From contig MU054037.1 in assembly GCA_013239625.1 (NCBI GenBank), positions 186,001 through 250,000 of the forward strand: a stretch of 64,000 nucleotides of DNA, written 5' to 3'. The translations under genes and the position numbers were made by a program. Below, piece after piece: positions 44,893 to 58,359 of the stretch (position 1 is its first letter; each line of letters begins with the position of its first letter). Below the pieces are notes generated by a model that searched no databases, was not told the DNA's origin, and was given only the letters and a program-made list of their open reading frames with translations. This stretch comes from Lama guanicoe (lineage: Eukaryota).

Positions 44893-45817
44893 CAAGGTGC
44901 CTGTACTGTGATTAATCAGCTATGGCCACGGGGCAGGGTCACACAGATGTAGCAATTGAGGAAGGTCACCCTTGGCTATCAGGACCCTTCTTAGAGAAGG
45001 GAGAGCCATGGTGAGCCCAAGATGCTTCTCCAGGTTTCCACCAACTTTAAATGAAAAGCGACAGCCCCAAGCCAAATTCTAAGCATGCTCGGAATTCAGT
45101 AATGCCATAGACAGTCTGTTCTCCGTGATGACTGAGAAAGGAAAAGGAAAAATGGGCAAGGGACTAGACTAGACTAGAAAGCCTAGATCTCCTTACTTAG
45201 AGGATCCAAACACTGACTTGGAATTTCCAAGCCAGAAGGACCAGTGCTGTCCTGATATTTGCAAAAGTGCAAATATTGCCCCATGTGCCATATGTCTAAG
45301 TGTTTAAAAGCTATAAATCAAGCTACACCTACCAGTGTCCCATGCTCCCAGCCAGGCCTTTGTTCCCTCGCATAGCCCACTTCTTTGAGATGTGGAAGTT
45401 AAAGGAACCAGGTCCTCCTTGGGTTATTCCTGCCATCTGGATGCCTGAGTCACATGTAGCACAGATGTGCTGGGACAGGGCAGGGCAGAAACCGGCCTGG
45501 GCCCCAGGACTCCTGGGTGGTGGCTGGATACACCCAGTCCCGGAATAGAGTTAGGGCGGGCAGGTTCTCCTTCCCCGACACCTTACTTGTAAGTTCTGGG
45601 TGCCTCTCAATAAATACTACACCATCCCAGCCAAGGAGCAGGGAGTAGGGAAGGAGGTGTGGGCAGGAGGGTAGTTACCAGGTAATGAGTTCTGTCTAAG
45701 CAATTGTTTGGGTTGATCTGAGGCAAGGTGTCTGCACTGTGATTAATCAGCTGTCGCCAAGGGGCGTGGTCACAGATGTAGCAACTGAGGAAGGTCACCC
45801 TTGGCTATCAGGACCCT
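44893..45817 (+). repeat. Local ~95-bp direct repeat (44893-44988 and 45724-45817)
   Basis: Near-identical cagatgtagcaa(t/c)tgaggaaggtcacccttggctatcaggaccct and similar upstream sequence. Confidence 0.9.
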
Positions 45818-46259
45818 GTAAACTGAAGCAGGCACTCTCTCCCTGGTTTCCCAGGGCAGAAGCAGCGATTCTGTCCTCTCCTTCCCCACCCCCACCCCAC
45901 TCACCAGCAGCCTCAGCCTGAGAGGACCAGATGAGCCTACACGTGTCCCCTCCCTTTTGACTCAACCAATCACTTACCTTTCAGAAAATTTTCCCATAGG
46001 ATCCAAAAAGAAGAAAAAAACACATTGTGTCTTAACATATATGATATGTGAGGCCAAAGGCAGGCCATCTCTTCCCCTGGTCTGAGGAGCAGGGCTAAGA
46101 AGACCTTAGCCATTATCCCAGAAGTTGAGTCCACAGAAAATAATCTATCGAACACCCCTGGAGTCGGGCCAGGAGGGATCAGGAGCAGATTGGAGGCTCC
46201 CACAAGCCCATTGCCTATGATGGGATCGTCAGTAAGAATGATAACTTCATTGAACTCAG

Positions 46260-47620
46260 GCTCCTCAAATATGTTGAAACTCATGAATTCGTAGTAGCAC
46301 TTTTTTAAAAAAAACCTTACTTGTCAACTATTGGAGGATACTAGGGAATCAGCCTATTATTCTGAAAGTGGTAAATAAATGGAAAGAAACAGTATTTATT
46401 CTGCCATTCCTTTTTCCAACTGTGTGTCAGGATAGCCAAGTAGTTGGTGAAGGGAAGTTTTTCTTTATAGAATTATGCTGGCTAATAAATGAAGAAGAAA
46501 CAAAGCTAAAAAATGAGGTTAGCATATCAACATTTTTGCAACTCAATGAAATAAGAGATCTAGACAGTGACCACCAATGGCTGCTATTGTCAAAAAAAGG
46601 AAGGTAACAGGGCATTATATGTCTCCTGGTGGAAATTCAAAAAGCTGCCTCTGAAGCACTCTCAACAACAACAAAATGACAACAACTGCAAAGAACCTGA
46701 ACCTCATCAAGTCGTTCAGTCTAACCAGTTTGTAGGAGATACAAGGTTCATGTTAAGTGATACTGTGGAGAGGCAACCAGCAACATTCTGACAGTGGGAA
46801 ACTCTAGGACAAGAAACGAGGTCCCTTCAAAAAGTATATCACAAGCTGTGTCTCTGTGTGTGTGTGTGTGTGTGTGTGTGTATGGTGACTCTAGAGTAAA
46901 CAAAACTTAACGTACATGTCACCCAATTGCAATCTTTATTTTATACAAACTCTAAAAAACATTTTTGGGATACAGTCATGGAACTTTGAGCACTGAATTG
47001 ACCTTAAATGATACTTAAGGAAATACTGTTCATTTTTTAGATGTGATGATGTTGTATGTACAAAGTATTCACCTTTCAAAGTGACACATTGGAATAGTTG
47101 TGGGTAGAATTACACAATGTTTGGGGCTTGCTTCGAAATAATCTGCAGGTTAAACAAAGAAAATTTGCAGTAAAATGACTGCCCCAGAGGTTTTAATAAA
47201 TGGCACATCTCTGCAAATATTGACATGAGATTAGATTTCTTTAGGATATTACACATGTATATTAACCAAACAAACAATCTAGCTTCCAAGTTTTTTCTCT
47301 CCTTTTTGGACTGACAGCTGTTTAAAACCAAATTATTTCCATGATTTTAACAATGAAAGGCTAAATGATTTGCAAAAAAAAAAAAAAAAGGAAGGAGTAT
47401 TTTTGTCTCAACAGTGAATTTAATGATCATCTATTAAATGTAAGGCTCTCAACCAATAAAACTAGATCTGTAAATTTAAAAAAAATTTATTTTAATCTGC
47501 AAGGGGATTGGATGGGAGCATAGAAAGGCTAGATTGGCCATGAGGATGATTCGTGGAGCTGGGTGATGGGTGCATGGACATTTATTGTACATTCTCTTTC
47601 ATGTGCGTGTGTTTGAAACT
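46260..47620 (+). mobile_element. L1MC4/5-like 3' fragments
   Basis: ggaggatactagggaa...ggtaaataaa...gctaataaatgaagaag; homologous to 10900-11945. Confidence 0.7.
46855..46881. repeat. (TG)n microsatellite
   Basis: About 13 uninterrupted TG units. Confidence 0.95.
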
Positions 47621-48367
47621 TAATGAGCATGTAGGGAAGTACTGCCAGTGCTGAGGACCCTGAGGTGAAGCAGGTACCGTCTCTCTTGTGGAGGGTCTTA
47701 CAGCTTGGTTCCCAAACTCTCATCACCCAGCACCTCTTCTATTATTCTTTATCTTAGCAAGCTCCTCCATGTTTGAATGATTCTGATCACTAAATAAAGA
47801 CATTTATTATGTAATAATTTAAAAATACTGTATCTTTGGAGTGGTTTGAAATGTCCAAACATTTCTTCTTTGGTAGAGACTTACAAAAAGTCTTGGCTGT
47901 GAACCCCCAAGTTGTTCAACTTTTAAATTTCACAGAGGTGGAAATGAGGTAGACAAGGAGACCGCCAAGGTCATCGGTTGGCAGGGGCCTAGTTCTCCTC
48001 ACTAAGTGCACTGCTTTTTCCGGTGCCCACTGTCAGCTGAGCGTCGGAGGTGTGCTGGAGTGTGTAGACGATCTAGTCTGCTGTGCTGGAAACACAGATG
48101 AGCCTGCCACCTTCTCTTTTTCAGGCTCAGCTATGCCAGTTCCTTCAACTTTTCCTCATAGATTTTATTTCCTTTCCACCTTCTGAGACTGTTCCAAAGC
48201 TGTCTGACACATTACCAGTTTGTTTACAATTTCCCTCTGTGACAGGTTCCCTTAGCACTGATTTTCCTCACCCCTCTTCAGTGAAGAGTGGAATTAAGTG
48301 AAGAAGTCAAGCACAGTCAACTCTGTTATCTAGGGGCAGGTGGGCCAATTTTCTGTCAATCATGGTA

Positions 48368-48397
48368 AAAACAAAACAAAACAAAACAAAACAAAAC
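48368..48397. repeat. (AAAAC)n microsatellite
   Basis: About 6 units. Confidence 0.9.
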
Positions 48398-49842
48398 GCC
48401 AAACCACCATATAATAAGGGTAGAGCAGCAATCAATAGATGTTACACTTATTAACTGTGATGTTAGAATGCCCCTTTCACCAATTTCACAGTGTGTGCAA
48501 GCCAGTTTATTGAGGAATGTCTGTATGACTGTTGAGCATTTTATTTTAGATGCTTGTCACAAACGCGTTCACTGAAATTTTCTAATGTTAAAGGGCACCT
48601 CAGCGATGCCTCAGTTGCAACCTCTTCTCCATCAAAGAAGATTTTCCTGTCAAAAATGGCAGAACCACATCTCCTCCCACGCCTCTATCTAGCTGACAGT
48701 GTAGAGCCAGTAACCAGCCTCGGTTGCCAATGTTCTCACGTGCAAGACCGAAATCTTTAAAAGCCATTTTGGATGGTACTCTGGTCAACTCTTGTCTCTG
48801 TTGGGAATTATTTGGTTTCCTTCCTGAATTTCTATCAGGGCGAAAGAGGCTTGATGTGCCCCCAGCAAGAACAAGAAGTGGCTTTCACAGCAGCTGATTG
48901 GAATGGAAAACCAGGATCAGATCCACCTCCAAAAAGCTTTCACGTGAAAAGGGATGCAGTTTCAGCTATCTGCTCCAATTCGAGAAATTCCAAAAGCTTC
49001 TTGAAAAATCAGGAATTTCTTAAATTCTGAAAGAAGAAACACAAACCATAAATAGAGCCAAGTTTGGTCATTGATACACTCAAGGGTCCAGTAGAGTCTT
49101 TGAATCGCAACATCACAGTTTAAGAGCAGAGTATGAGAAGTAACTGTCAGTACCACGACAGTCCCTCGGGACAGGATGCTCCATCGTCCCCAAGCCTGCC
49201 TGTTTGGCCTCAATTCTTTCTTCTGATATTCCCAGGATACCTCACAAGTCAACCTACTTGTCACCCTCCTTCCCTGATTTTCATACTTTCCTTCCAACCT
49301 AGAAACTCACAACTACACATTATATAAGCTTAGCAAACTGGACATCGAAGAGAACTCCCTCCATTGATAAAAGCCGTTTGGTATAAGACCTAGGGAAAAA
49401 AATCATAATTAATGGCAAAGTATTAGAAGGACTTCCATTAAAGTCAGGAACAAAACACAACTCACTGTAGTGTACTAACACAGTGGACAAGGAGAGGAAC
49501 AAGAAACATACACACAGGTGAGAGGGAAAGAGGGCTTCCTGTTGCGCTCTGTCCTTACTGCTCATGGCCCCCTTTCTGACCTCGACTTTACCACTCAGTC
49601 TGTGGCAAGGAGCTGATGGAAAATGTCCTGTAGCTTAAGATGCCTGTGTGGTGAGGCAGTTAGCACTTACTGGTTTTACTGTTACCAGGTTGATCATTTC
49701 CTCTCGGCTATCTGGAGCCAAGGTAGGTGGCAGAATAGAAAAGGAAAAAATGGAGGGAAAAAAAAGAGAACTTTACTGGTTAGAGTTTCCATGATGTAAG
49801 AAAAATGGAAGGAAAAAACAAAAAGCAAGAATTAAGTGAGCA

Positions 49843-50402
49843 NNNNNNNNNNNNNNNNNNNNNNNNNNNNNNNNNNNNNNNNNNNNNNNNNNNNNNNNNN
49901 NNNNNNNNNNNNNNNNNNNNNNNNNNNNNNNNNNNNNNNNNNNNNNNNNNNNNNNNNNNNNNNNNNNNNNNNNNNNNNNNNNNNNNNNNNNNNNNNNNNN
50001 NNNNNNNNATGGATGGACCTAGAGATTATCATACTAAGTGAAGTAAGTCAGACAAAGACACATCATATGTTATTACTTACATGTAGAATCTTAAAAAAGA
50101 TACAAATGAACTTATTTACAAAACAGAAACAGACTCACAGACATAGAAAACAAACTTATGGTTACCAAAAGGGAAAGGGTGTGGAGGGATAAATTAGAAG
50201 TTTGGGATTAGCAGATACAGACTACTATATATAAAATAGATAAACAACAGGGCCCTACTGTATAGCACAGGGAAATATATTCAATATCTTGTAATAACCT
50301 CTAATGAAAAAGAATATGAAAAAGTATACACATATAACTGAATCACTATGCTGTAGACTTGAAACTAACACAACATTGTAAATCAATTGTACTTAAAAAA
50401 AA
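49843..50402 (+). mobile_element. 5'-truncated young L1 with TSD
   Basis: WMDLEIIILSEVSQT ORF2 end, 3'UTR and A-tail; TSD aaga(a/c)ttaagtgagca at 49827-49842 and 50403-50418. Confidence 0.9.
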
Positions 50403-51489
50403 AAGACTTAAGTGAGCAAGAAGGACAAGAAAAAGAGAAAGGGAGAATGGACTGTGGATGGATGGGTAAGTAGCAAGGAGCAGGAGAGAGCTAGAACCCT
50501 GAGAGTGAGCAGGAGAAAGTGGGAAGAAATAATGGGCAGAAAAGCATCTGGATTCAGGACCTGCAAGCCTTACCTTGCCTGAAGGAGCTGGGTTAGCAGG
50601 AGGATTTGATTGGGGAAAAAGTAGCTTGCAGAGGCAGAGAGCTGTCAGGTCTGAGGTAAAGTCTGGGGACGCTCCAAGTCCTTAGAGATGCGTCAGGCAC
50701 TCTGCTAAGTGGCATCCACTGTCTAATTTAGCCCTTACACCAACTGTTAGGTAGATGCTCTTATTTTTTCCCCTTTCTCCAGATGAAGAAACTGGGGTTC
50801 AGAGAAATGAAGTATTTTGCCCAAGGTCCATCATTTAATGATAAGTAAGCTGGAATTCAGACCTGAGGCTGCTGACTCTGGAGCCCCAGCTAGGTAATGC
50901 TCAGCTTCACTCCTCCAGATTCTTCCCTGGCTTGACCCAGTTTACCTTCCAAGACTGGGTGTATCCAGGGTGTTACGGGAGGGGCTGCTATGTACTGTGT
51001 AGATAGGTAAGATGAACTTTCTCAGACTAGTGAAATTACGGATCTAAAATCTACGTCAAATGAGGAAACTTTGGAGCAGTGGGGGTTGATTTGTCTGGAG
51101 GAGAGAAAGTGGGACACCGGCTATTTGAGGGACTGACTTGGAAGAGCCAATCGTCCCGACAGGGAAGCAGATTGCAGTTCAGTCTGGGTCAGGCTTTCAG
51201 TTAAGGGTTTCTGAAAGTGGGATGAGCTGCTTTAGGCTGCAGGAGCTCCCCATTACTGAAGGTGTCCATTGTTCATTCATCCATTCATATGAATTTCTGT
51301 GGCACTGGTCTCCTGGAGATTTCACTTTAGTGGGGAAAACAGATAATAAACAAATATAGAGACAGATGACTATATAACTACTTATACATCATGACGTGTT
51401 ATAAAGGAAATGAACGCAGGCCCAAGTTAGGAAATAAGGGAGGGAACTGGAATGGGCTTTGCAGCTGCCCGCTGAGGGTCCCTGGATCT

Positions 51490-51847
51490 TGTTACAGTTT
51501 CTGTGTGCCAGTCCCCCAGCATCCGTGCACTGTTGCTGTGAGGACCGGCTCCTGCAATGTAGTTCCAAGGGTAGGCCTTGGGCCACTGGACCTCTTTGCC
51601 CGCATGTGCAGAGAGTGACTCCTGCCCGTCCTTGGCCAGGACTCGGCTAGTCGAGTGGGAATATGAAAGCTAGGAAGAAAGTTTGGGTTGCACTGCAGGC
51701 TTCCAGGCTCCTTCCTGCAGTGCCTCCCACTTGCCTGTGCAGCTTCTTCTACTACCCTACCAGTTTCTCCTGGGGCACTTTTAAAATAAGACACTTGCTT
51801 ATGAATCCTTGTCACGGGGTCTGCTTCTAGGGAACTCGACCTAAGAT
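51490..51847. mobile_element. ERVL/MaLR-type solo LTR (LTR16/33-like)
   Basis: Ends in ggggtctgcttctagggaac..acctaaga, typical of ERVL LTR termini. Confidence 0.5.
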
Positions 51848-53669
51848 GAGAAGAGAGTGATCTGATACTTTTAAAAAGTACCCAGGTTCCTGGGGAAGAA
51901 TAGGCTGTAAGGAGTGTAGAAGTAAGGGGACCGGTTAGGGGCTAGCAGTCTAGGTGAGGGATGAAGGAGGCTGCTGTAGGAGGGTGATACTTGGAAGAGG
52001 AGAGATTTAAGATCTCAAAAGAATCAACAAGGTTTTCCCGGAAGGGACTGAAGGAAAAGGAGGAATCCAGAAGGTCTCCTAGACTAGATGAGGACATATA
52101 GGGATATTATGGATAAAAATCCCCTCATTGAGTGGGGAGTAGAATGAGGTGAATTCAAAGCCATGTATCCATTGGAAAATCCATTTGCAATGGCTGGATT
52201 TAGCAACCAAACAAAAGATCGGTGCTAGAGATGGCTGCCCATGAGAATAAATGTAAAAACACGGGGAGCATACACAGACTGGCAGGTAGCTTGCAGAAAT
52301 CATTAAAGTAACTCAGATTCTTTTCGAGTTATCTAATATAGGGTGTTTCCATTTCCTGCGACTATAGTGCCCCACCCACTTGAATCCAGGCCATACCTGG
52401 CACTGTGACACGTTCTGGGCCACGTTCTAGGGGGAGAGCGTGTGCGTGAGAATCGTTCCGACTTCCGTGGCTTGGCTCGCCCAGGCTCTTGCTGACTAGT
52501 CACCTTGCCTTTTTCAAAGAACAGATGCTAAGCTGCTGCTGCTACTGTTGTTATTATTGCTAACGTCCACTAAGCACTTACTAAGCGCCAGGCATTTTGC
52601 TTAGCGCTTTGCACATATAACCTCATTTATCCTCCACAACAGCTCTTTAAGGTGGTACTTTTGTATTCGCCCTGGAGGCTGAATTCGTCATGGCTTAGCC
52701 ACTTGCCCAAGTCAAATAGCCTGAGGGCAGCTAACTTGAGATTTGAACCAGAAGTCCCATTCCAGATTCCAAGTTCTCAACCAGTATGATTAAACTGACT
52801 GAAAAAAAAAATAAAAGAAAATGCTCTCGGGGGAGCCTGAGTGCTTCCTCCATCTACACAGAAGTCCAGTCACCCCAGGGCATCTGAGCTGGTTCTCACC
52901 GTCTCACCTAGAGCTAGAGCCTCAGTACCCACCCCCACCTCCCCTGTCCCCGCCAAGTCCCAGCGCCCTAGTTCTTCCTGGCACCCACCTGGCTCTGCGA
53001 AGCATTGTTCCCTGATTTCTTCCTTGGGTTCCTAATGAACAATACAACTTCTTGAAGAAGTTCATCCCCTCTGGGGTTGGGAGGTTTCCTTGGAGTTGAC
53101 CCCAGAGAGGCTTGTTTAGGGGCACTTCCAATCTCTTCAACCCATGTTCCCCAAGCCCTGGCTCCGTGCTAGACTTTGTATTCGGCAATGAGAGAAGGAA
53201 AAGAAGTTAACGATATCTTTGGTTGTAAGGAAATCACAGTTAATACCAAGCATGTTGTCCAAGTAACACATATCTAGAAGGCTGAATATCCCAATTCTCT
53301 GGAGACTTCAAGGGCCTTTTCTAGTTTAAGGGGGGCTCCCCAAAGTCAGAAAAGTTGCGTGACACAGGTAAAAACAGCCTAAATGTCCAAAAGTAAAGGG
53401 TTAATTAACTCACTGATTTAATACTCCACAGCACGAAACATTCTTGAAGGCCTTAAAAAGAATTCTGAATCATGTGGGTTTCATAATATATTTTTGTGAA
53501 GTGAAAAAAAAAAGGTAACAACATTTTGCAAACTATGATGCCATTTAACCGGAAAAAAACACACATGTGCATGGTTAATGGTGATTATCTCAAAATAGTG
53601 AAATTCCTGGTGGATTTTATTTTCTTCATTATGGTTGGCTTGAAAACTTTGATTGAAAGTAATTTATTT

Positions 53670-54265
53670 AAAAGCCCATCTGCAAAGACTACATACTGGG
53701 TAGAGTGTAAGCCTAGCATGCACAAGGTCCTGGGTTCAATCCCCTGTACCTCCATTTAAAAAAATATATAATAAGTAAACCTAATTACCCCCTGTCCCCC
53801 CAAAAAAGCAATAGAAAAAAAAAGACTGTTTGATTCCAACTGTATGACATTCTGGAAAAGGCAAAACTTTGGAGACCATTAAAAGATCAGCGATTGACAA
53901 GGGTTTGGGTGGAGGGAGATGGGGTGAGGACGGAAGAGGTGGAGCACTGGGGCTTTTTAGGGCAGTGAAATTATTCTGTTTGATAGTGTAATGATGGATA
54001 CATGTCATTATACATTTGTCAAAACCCATAGAATATGCAACATAAGAATGAGGTCTCATGTAAACCATGGACTTTAGTTAAAAACAATGCATCAGTAATG
54101 GCTCAGCTGTAACAAATGTACCACTAAGGCAAGATGTTAATAATAGGGGAAACTGCATGTATGTGTTGGGAGGGATGAGAAAGTATTTGAGAACTCCTTG
54201 TGCTTTCTGCTCACTTTTTCTGTAAACCTAAAACTTTTCCAAAAAATAGTCCATGAATTTAATAA
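53670..54265 (+). mobile_element. L1MC-like 3' end interrupted by a SINE
   Basis: actacatactg|...|tttgattccaactgtatgacattctggaaaaggcaaaact. Confidence 0.8.
53699..53824 (+). mobile_element. 5'-truncated vic-1-like SINE
   Basis: ggtagagtg...cctgggttcaatcccc...aaacctaattaccccc plus A tail. Confidence 0.85.
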
Positions 54266-55639
54266 GTAATAATCTATTCTATAATATTTCAAATGTGCAG
54301 AAAGATACAGAGAATATAATGAATACACATTTATTCACCACATAGATTTAATAAGTCTTAAGATTTTGCCATATTTGTTTTAGATCATTTTTTAAAGAAA
54401 TAACAAATTACAGAAACAAAGCTTCTATATATCTGTCCCTAATTTCAACCTCTTTCCTCCCTTGCCAGAGATTCCTTCCATCCATTTTTTTGATACTTTT
54501 TACTTATCTATCAACATTAACAATGTATAACATTTTTTTATATTTTACTTCTCAAAATAGAATTATATATCTGACTCTGTAAATTATCTTTTTATTAATC
54601 TTACATTAAGAATTATTTGTGTTGCTACATGAAGCTCTAGTTTATTCATTTTAACTACTGTATAGTAGTCCATCTTTTGAATATACCACAATAAAATATT
54701 TTACAATATTTTGGGTTATATGTCATGATAATAAATGAAAAAAAACAAGATATAAAACTTTACTTACAGTATGACACAAAACACATACATACAAAATAAA
54801 ATGCTGCAATGGCAAATATAAAAAAGTTAGCAATGTCACTTTGGACTGTAGGGTTACGGATAATTTTTCGTATTTCCTAAATCCTTTGCAGTGAAGAAGC
54901 ATTGATTTTATAATTTTTTAAAAAGTAAAACTTAAAGCATGCCGTCCTATGAAACAGGAGTTTTAGCTATGTGTATCCCACAAACTTATCACCTCCCTCC
55001 CCACCTGAATAATATCCCTGGATAATCTGGAAACAGCCCTGCCCTGTGTCACCCATCTCACAAAGGGGCAGCGGCTGGCCCTGCAGCTCCCTGCCATATC
55101 TTCCTGATGGCCGTGGAACATTTAGTTGGTTTGTGATGCCTGATACCTGCAACGCAATTACGGGATTGGTTGCAATTATGCCTGCAGTGATATTATAGGA
55201 TTGGATATAAATATACTTGCTACATGTGACAAGAGTTTATTTCTGTGCACGTTTACCATCTGGCTGCAGCACACCCTTTCCTAGCTGCGAGGGGAAGAAC
55301 AGTATCAACAGCAGAGGTGAAACAGGAGTCAGATCGGAGGCTTTGAATAACCAACCTCTGAAAAATCATGTCAACGTTTGTGATGGGACCATAGTGTCAG
55401 GAGTCACAGGGAAGAGGCAGCAGGTTGTACCCGGTCTTTGTTGTTCTTTCCCTGCTCTGAGCTTGCAATGGAGTTCAGCCAGGCTGGCTCAGGCCTTCCT
55501 GAGTCTCAGCACTCCTGTGGACTCAAAGGCCCTCTCCTCGCCGAGCTACCCACGTCTCCGCCTTCTGCCCTGACTTCCCTCTCCAGCTCAAGTCCTGCAC
55601 TTCCAGACCTGCTTGGTTGGAATGGCTCCATCTTCCTGT

Positions 55640-56210
55640 CCTACTGTATCATCAAACTAAATTCAGAATGATTTCTTCTTAGATGCTCATACTAGGTCTT
55701 TACCCTGACTTCTCTATTTCTCTTAATGGCAACACCATGATCCAAGTCAGCTGGGAGGTAATCTTTGGTCACCGTGGCTTAGGACCATGCATCTCAGCAG
55801 AAGGCAAGTCGTGCTCTTTCTTCCTTTATGAATTCAGTGCCCAGATCTAGCATACTTCCTGGCTCGTAGTGATTAATAAACATTTCTTGAATGAATGAGG
55901 AAATGAATGAAATGTTTCTAACTTTACATTATTCATGTTCAACTCCCTAGTTCCAGCCCTTATTACTTCACAGTAACCAGGACTATCGCAGTAACCTCTC
56001 ACTGGCTGTCCTGCCTCTACTCTTTCTCAGCTTTGATTTGTCCTGCTGTTGCCACCAGACAGGTTATGCTTACCTGCCACTTCCATCACACCACTCCCCT
56101 GTTTAAAAGCTTTTGATGACCCCTCAGTGGCTACCAGATAAAATTGACAATCATGAACTTTCCTTTTAAAGTCACTACACTCTTGCCTCAGTTAACATCT
56201 CTAGCCTTTT
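55640..56210. mobile_element. L2 fragments
   Basis: Pyrimidine-rich L2-like motifs (cctctcactggctgtcctgcctct; tgaatgaatga). Confidence 0.55.
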
Positions 56211-58359
56211 GCCTAAAACTGCTCACATTCCTAACCCTCTACTCTTCTCATAAACCTTGCACTTGACCATCTTCATGACTATCCTCGGGTCATTTCTTAG
56301 GTTGGACTGATGTTCCCATTTCTATCTGTTGTCCAGAGGAGGTAATACCTGAGCCACAACTAGAAGCATGACTAGGAAAAACTAAAACCATCACTCCTTT
56401 ATTTAACAAATAACTAACTGAATTTCCACTTTCCTGGGCGCTGTGGCTGGCACAAATTGATCGAGTCCTTGCTCTCAAGTGAACAGTCAACTATTTCAGA
56501 TTATCCCCAGGCCCTCCAGGATTTTGGGATGGTCTCACCCTGAGCCTTCTTGATCAGACTGGGCCGTAGATTTTAGCCTGTACTCTTGGTTTTCTGGCCA
56601 CCCTTGGGTTTAACCTGCTGACCCCACAGGGGAAATTGGCCATTGTTTATCCCTAATGTTTCCTTGAGCTCGCTGACTGGCCAGGCATATGGGGCTCAGC
56701 TCTTTGGCCCCCAGTTCCTGCAGGACACCACCCATCTGGGATCAAATTTTATGTTAACCAGTCCCTTTCTCACTTCCCTGAGCTAAACCATTCCAGTCAG
56801 TCCTCCCAAGAGCCAGGTGGGCTTCCAGACACACAGGGCATCAGACCCTCCCAGGCAACATCACAACACCGGGAAAGCCCTGGTTAGAGTAAGCAACTCC
56901 AATATGTTACAATTTTTAAAAAGTAGATTATAAAACCATGTATTATATGGACTTTTTAAAAAATAATTCTGCACAGAGAGAAATTTTGCAAGATAAAAAT
57001 AAAATTTAATAGAGATGATTTAAATTTTTTCTTTTTGCTTATCAGTAGTTTCCAATTTTTTTTCACAATGATTATATCTTCCTAGTAGACTATTTAAGGA
57101 AAAATAAACTTAGTGGCACAAAAAATGACAGAATTTTTAAAATGTGAATTAATAATACAATGCTTCTGTGATTGGCTCTTGGAAAGTTCGTAATGATGTT
57201 CCTCACTAATTACATCACCTGTTACAGAGGGTGGTTAGCATTTTCTTACAAATCTGAACGTCCTCACTTCTCACACATGTTGGCTGTTCAGGCCTCTGAG
57301 TCATAGCTGCCAAATCTTGGCATTTACCAACCCCTGGGCACACGAAACTCTGGGTAAGGGAGTTCCCCTGGCCTGGCCCACAGAGGCTTAGACAAGCATT
57401 GCCACAGAAGCATCTAAACAATAGAATGTGATGTCGTGGGCATCCCAGGGGGAAATAACGCTAGACTGAAATGCATTTTTGNNNNNNNNNNNNNNNNNNN
57501 NNNNNNNNNNNNNNNNNNNNNNNNNNNNNNNNNNNNNNNNNNNNNNNNNNNNNNNNNNNNNNNNNNNNNNNNNNNNNNNNNNNNNNNNNNNNNNNNNNNN
57601 NNNNNNNNNNNNNNNNNNNNNGCCCTCAGGAGCTGGCTCTGGCTCAGCCCCACAGTACAGGCATGTGGAACAGCAGCCACTGCGGCGGCCACCACCAGAA
57701 AGAGCCTGGAGAGCTGTTCCACGGCCATGAGGATGGCAGTGCCTTAAATCTTTCCTGGAACCAGGCAGGATAAGATAGGGACCTGTGAGAAAGCAAACAA
57801 GGACCATCTCTGCTCTCTTTTCTTTCTCTCTCATGTGCATACTCTCCTTGGCATCTCCTGCCTCTTTCCTCCAAACCCTCCCCACCCCCAACCTTAGACC
57901 CTCTTCAAAAGTAAGAAAAATAAAGATAACATCTTAAAAAGAAAGACACAAAATAAATAACATGGAAGACCATTTTATAAAACAGTGAATGCTGAACTAC
58001 TTACCATGTAATGATCAAAGAGAAGAACAGTATATAAAACTGAACACGCAGTGCAACATTGCTTTATAAAAAGTATACGTAGGAAAAAGAAGGTTAAATC
58101 GAAAAAAGCAAGCCAACTGGGGATAGTGGGAGCTTTGGACATTACGGAATGTGGATGATTTTCATTTTTTTTCCTTTAAACTTTTCTGTACTTTCAAAAT
58201 TGTCTTAAGTTATTAGCAGTACCTATACTTATCCTCAGAAACTTTTTATTAAAACACACGAGGTAATAATCCATACATAAAATAATAGAGTGGCCCCTGC
58301 TTTTCATTGAGCAAGGTTTATTGGTTCTGCCAGTTCAAATGACAGAAAACTAACTCAAG

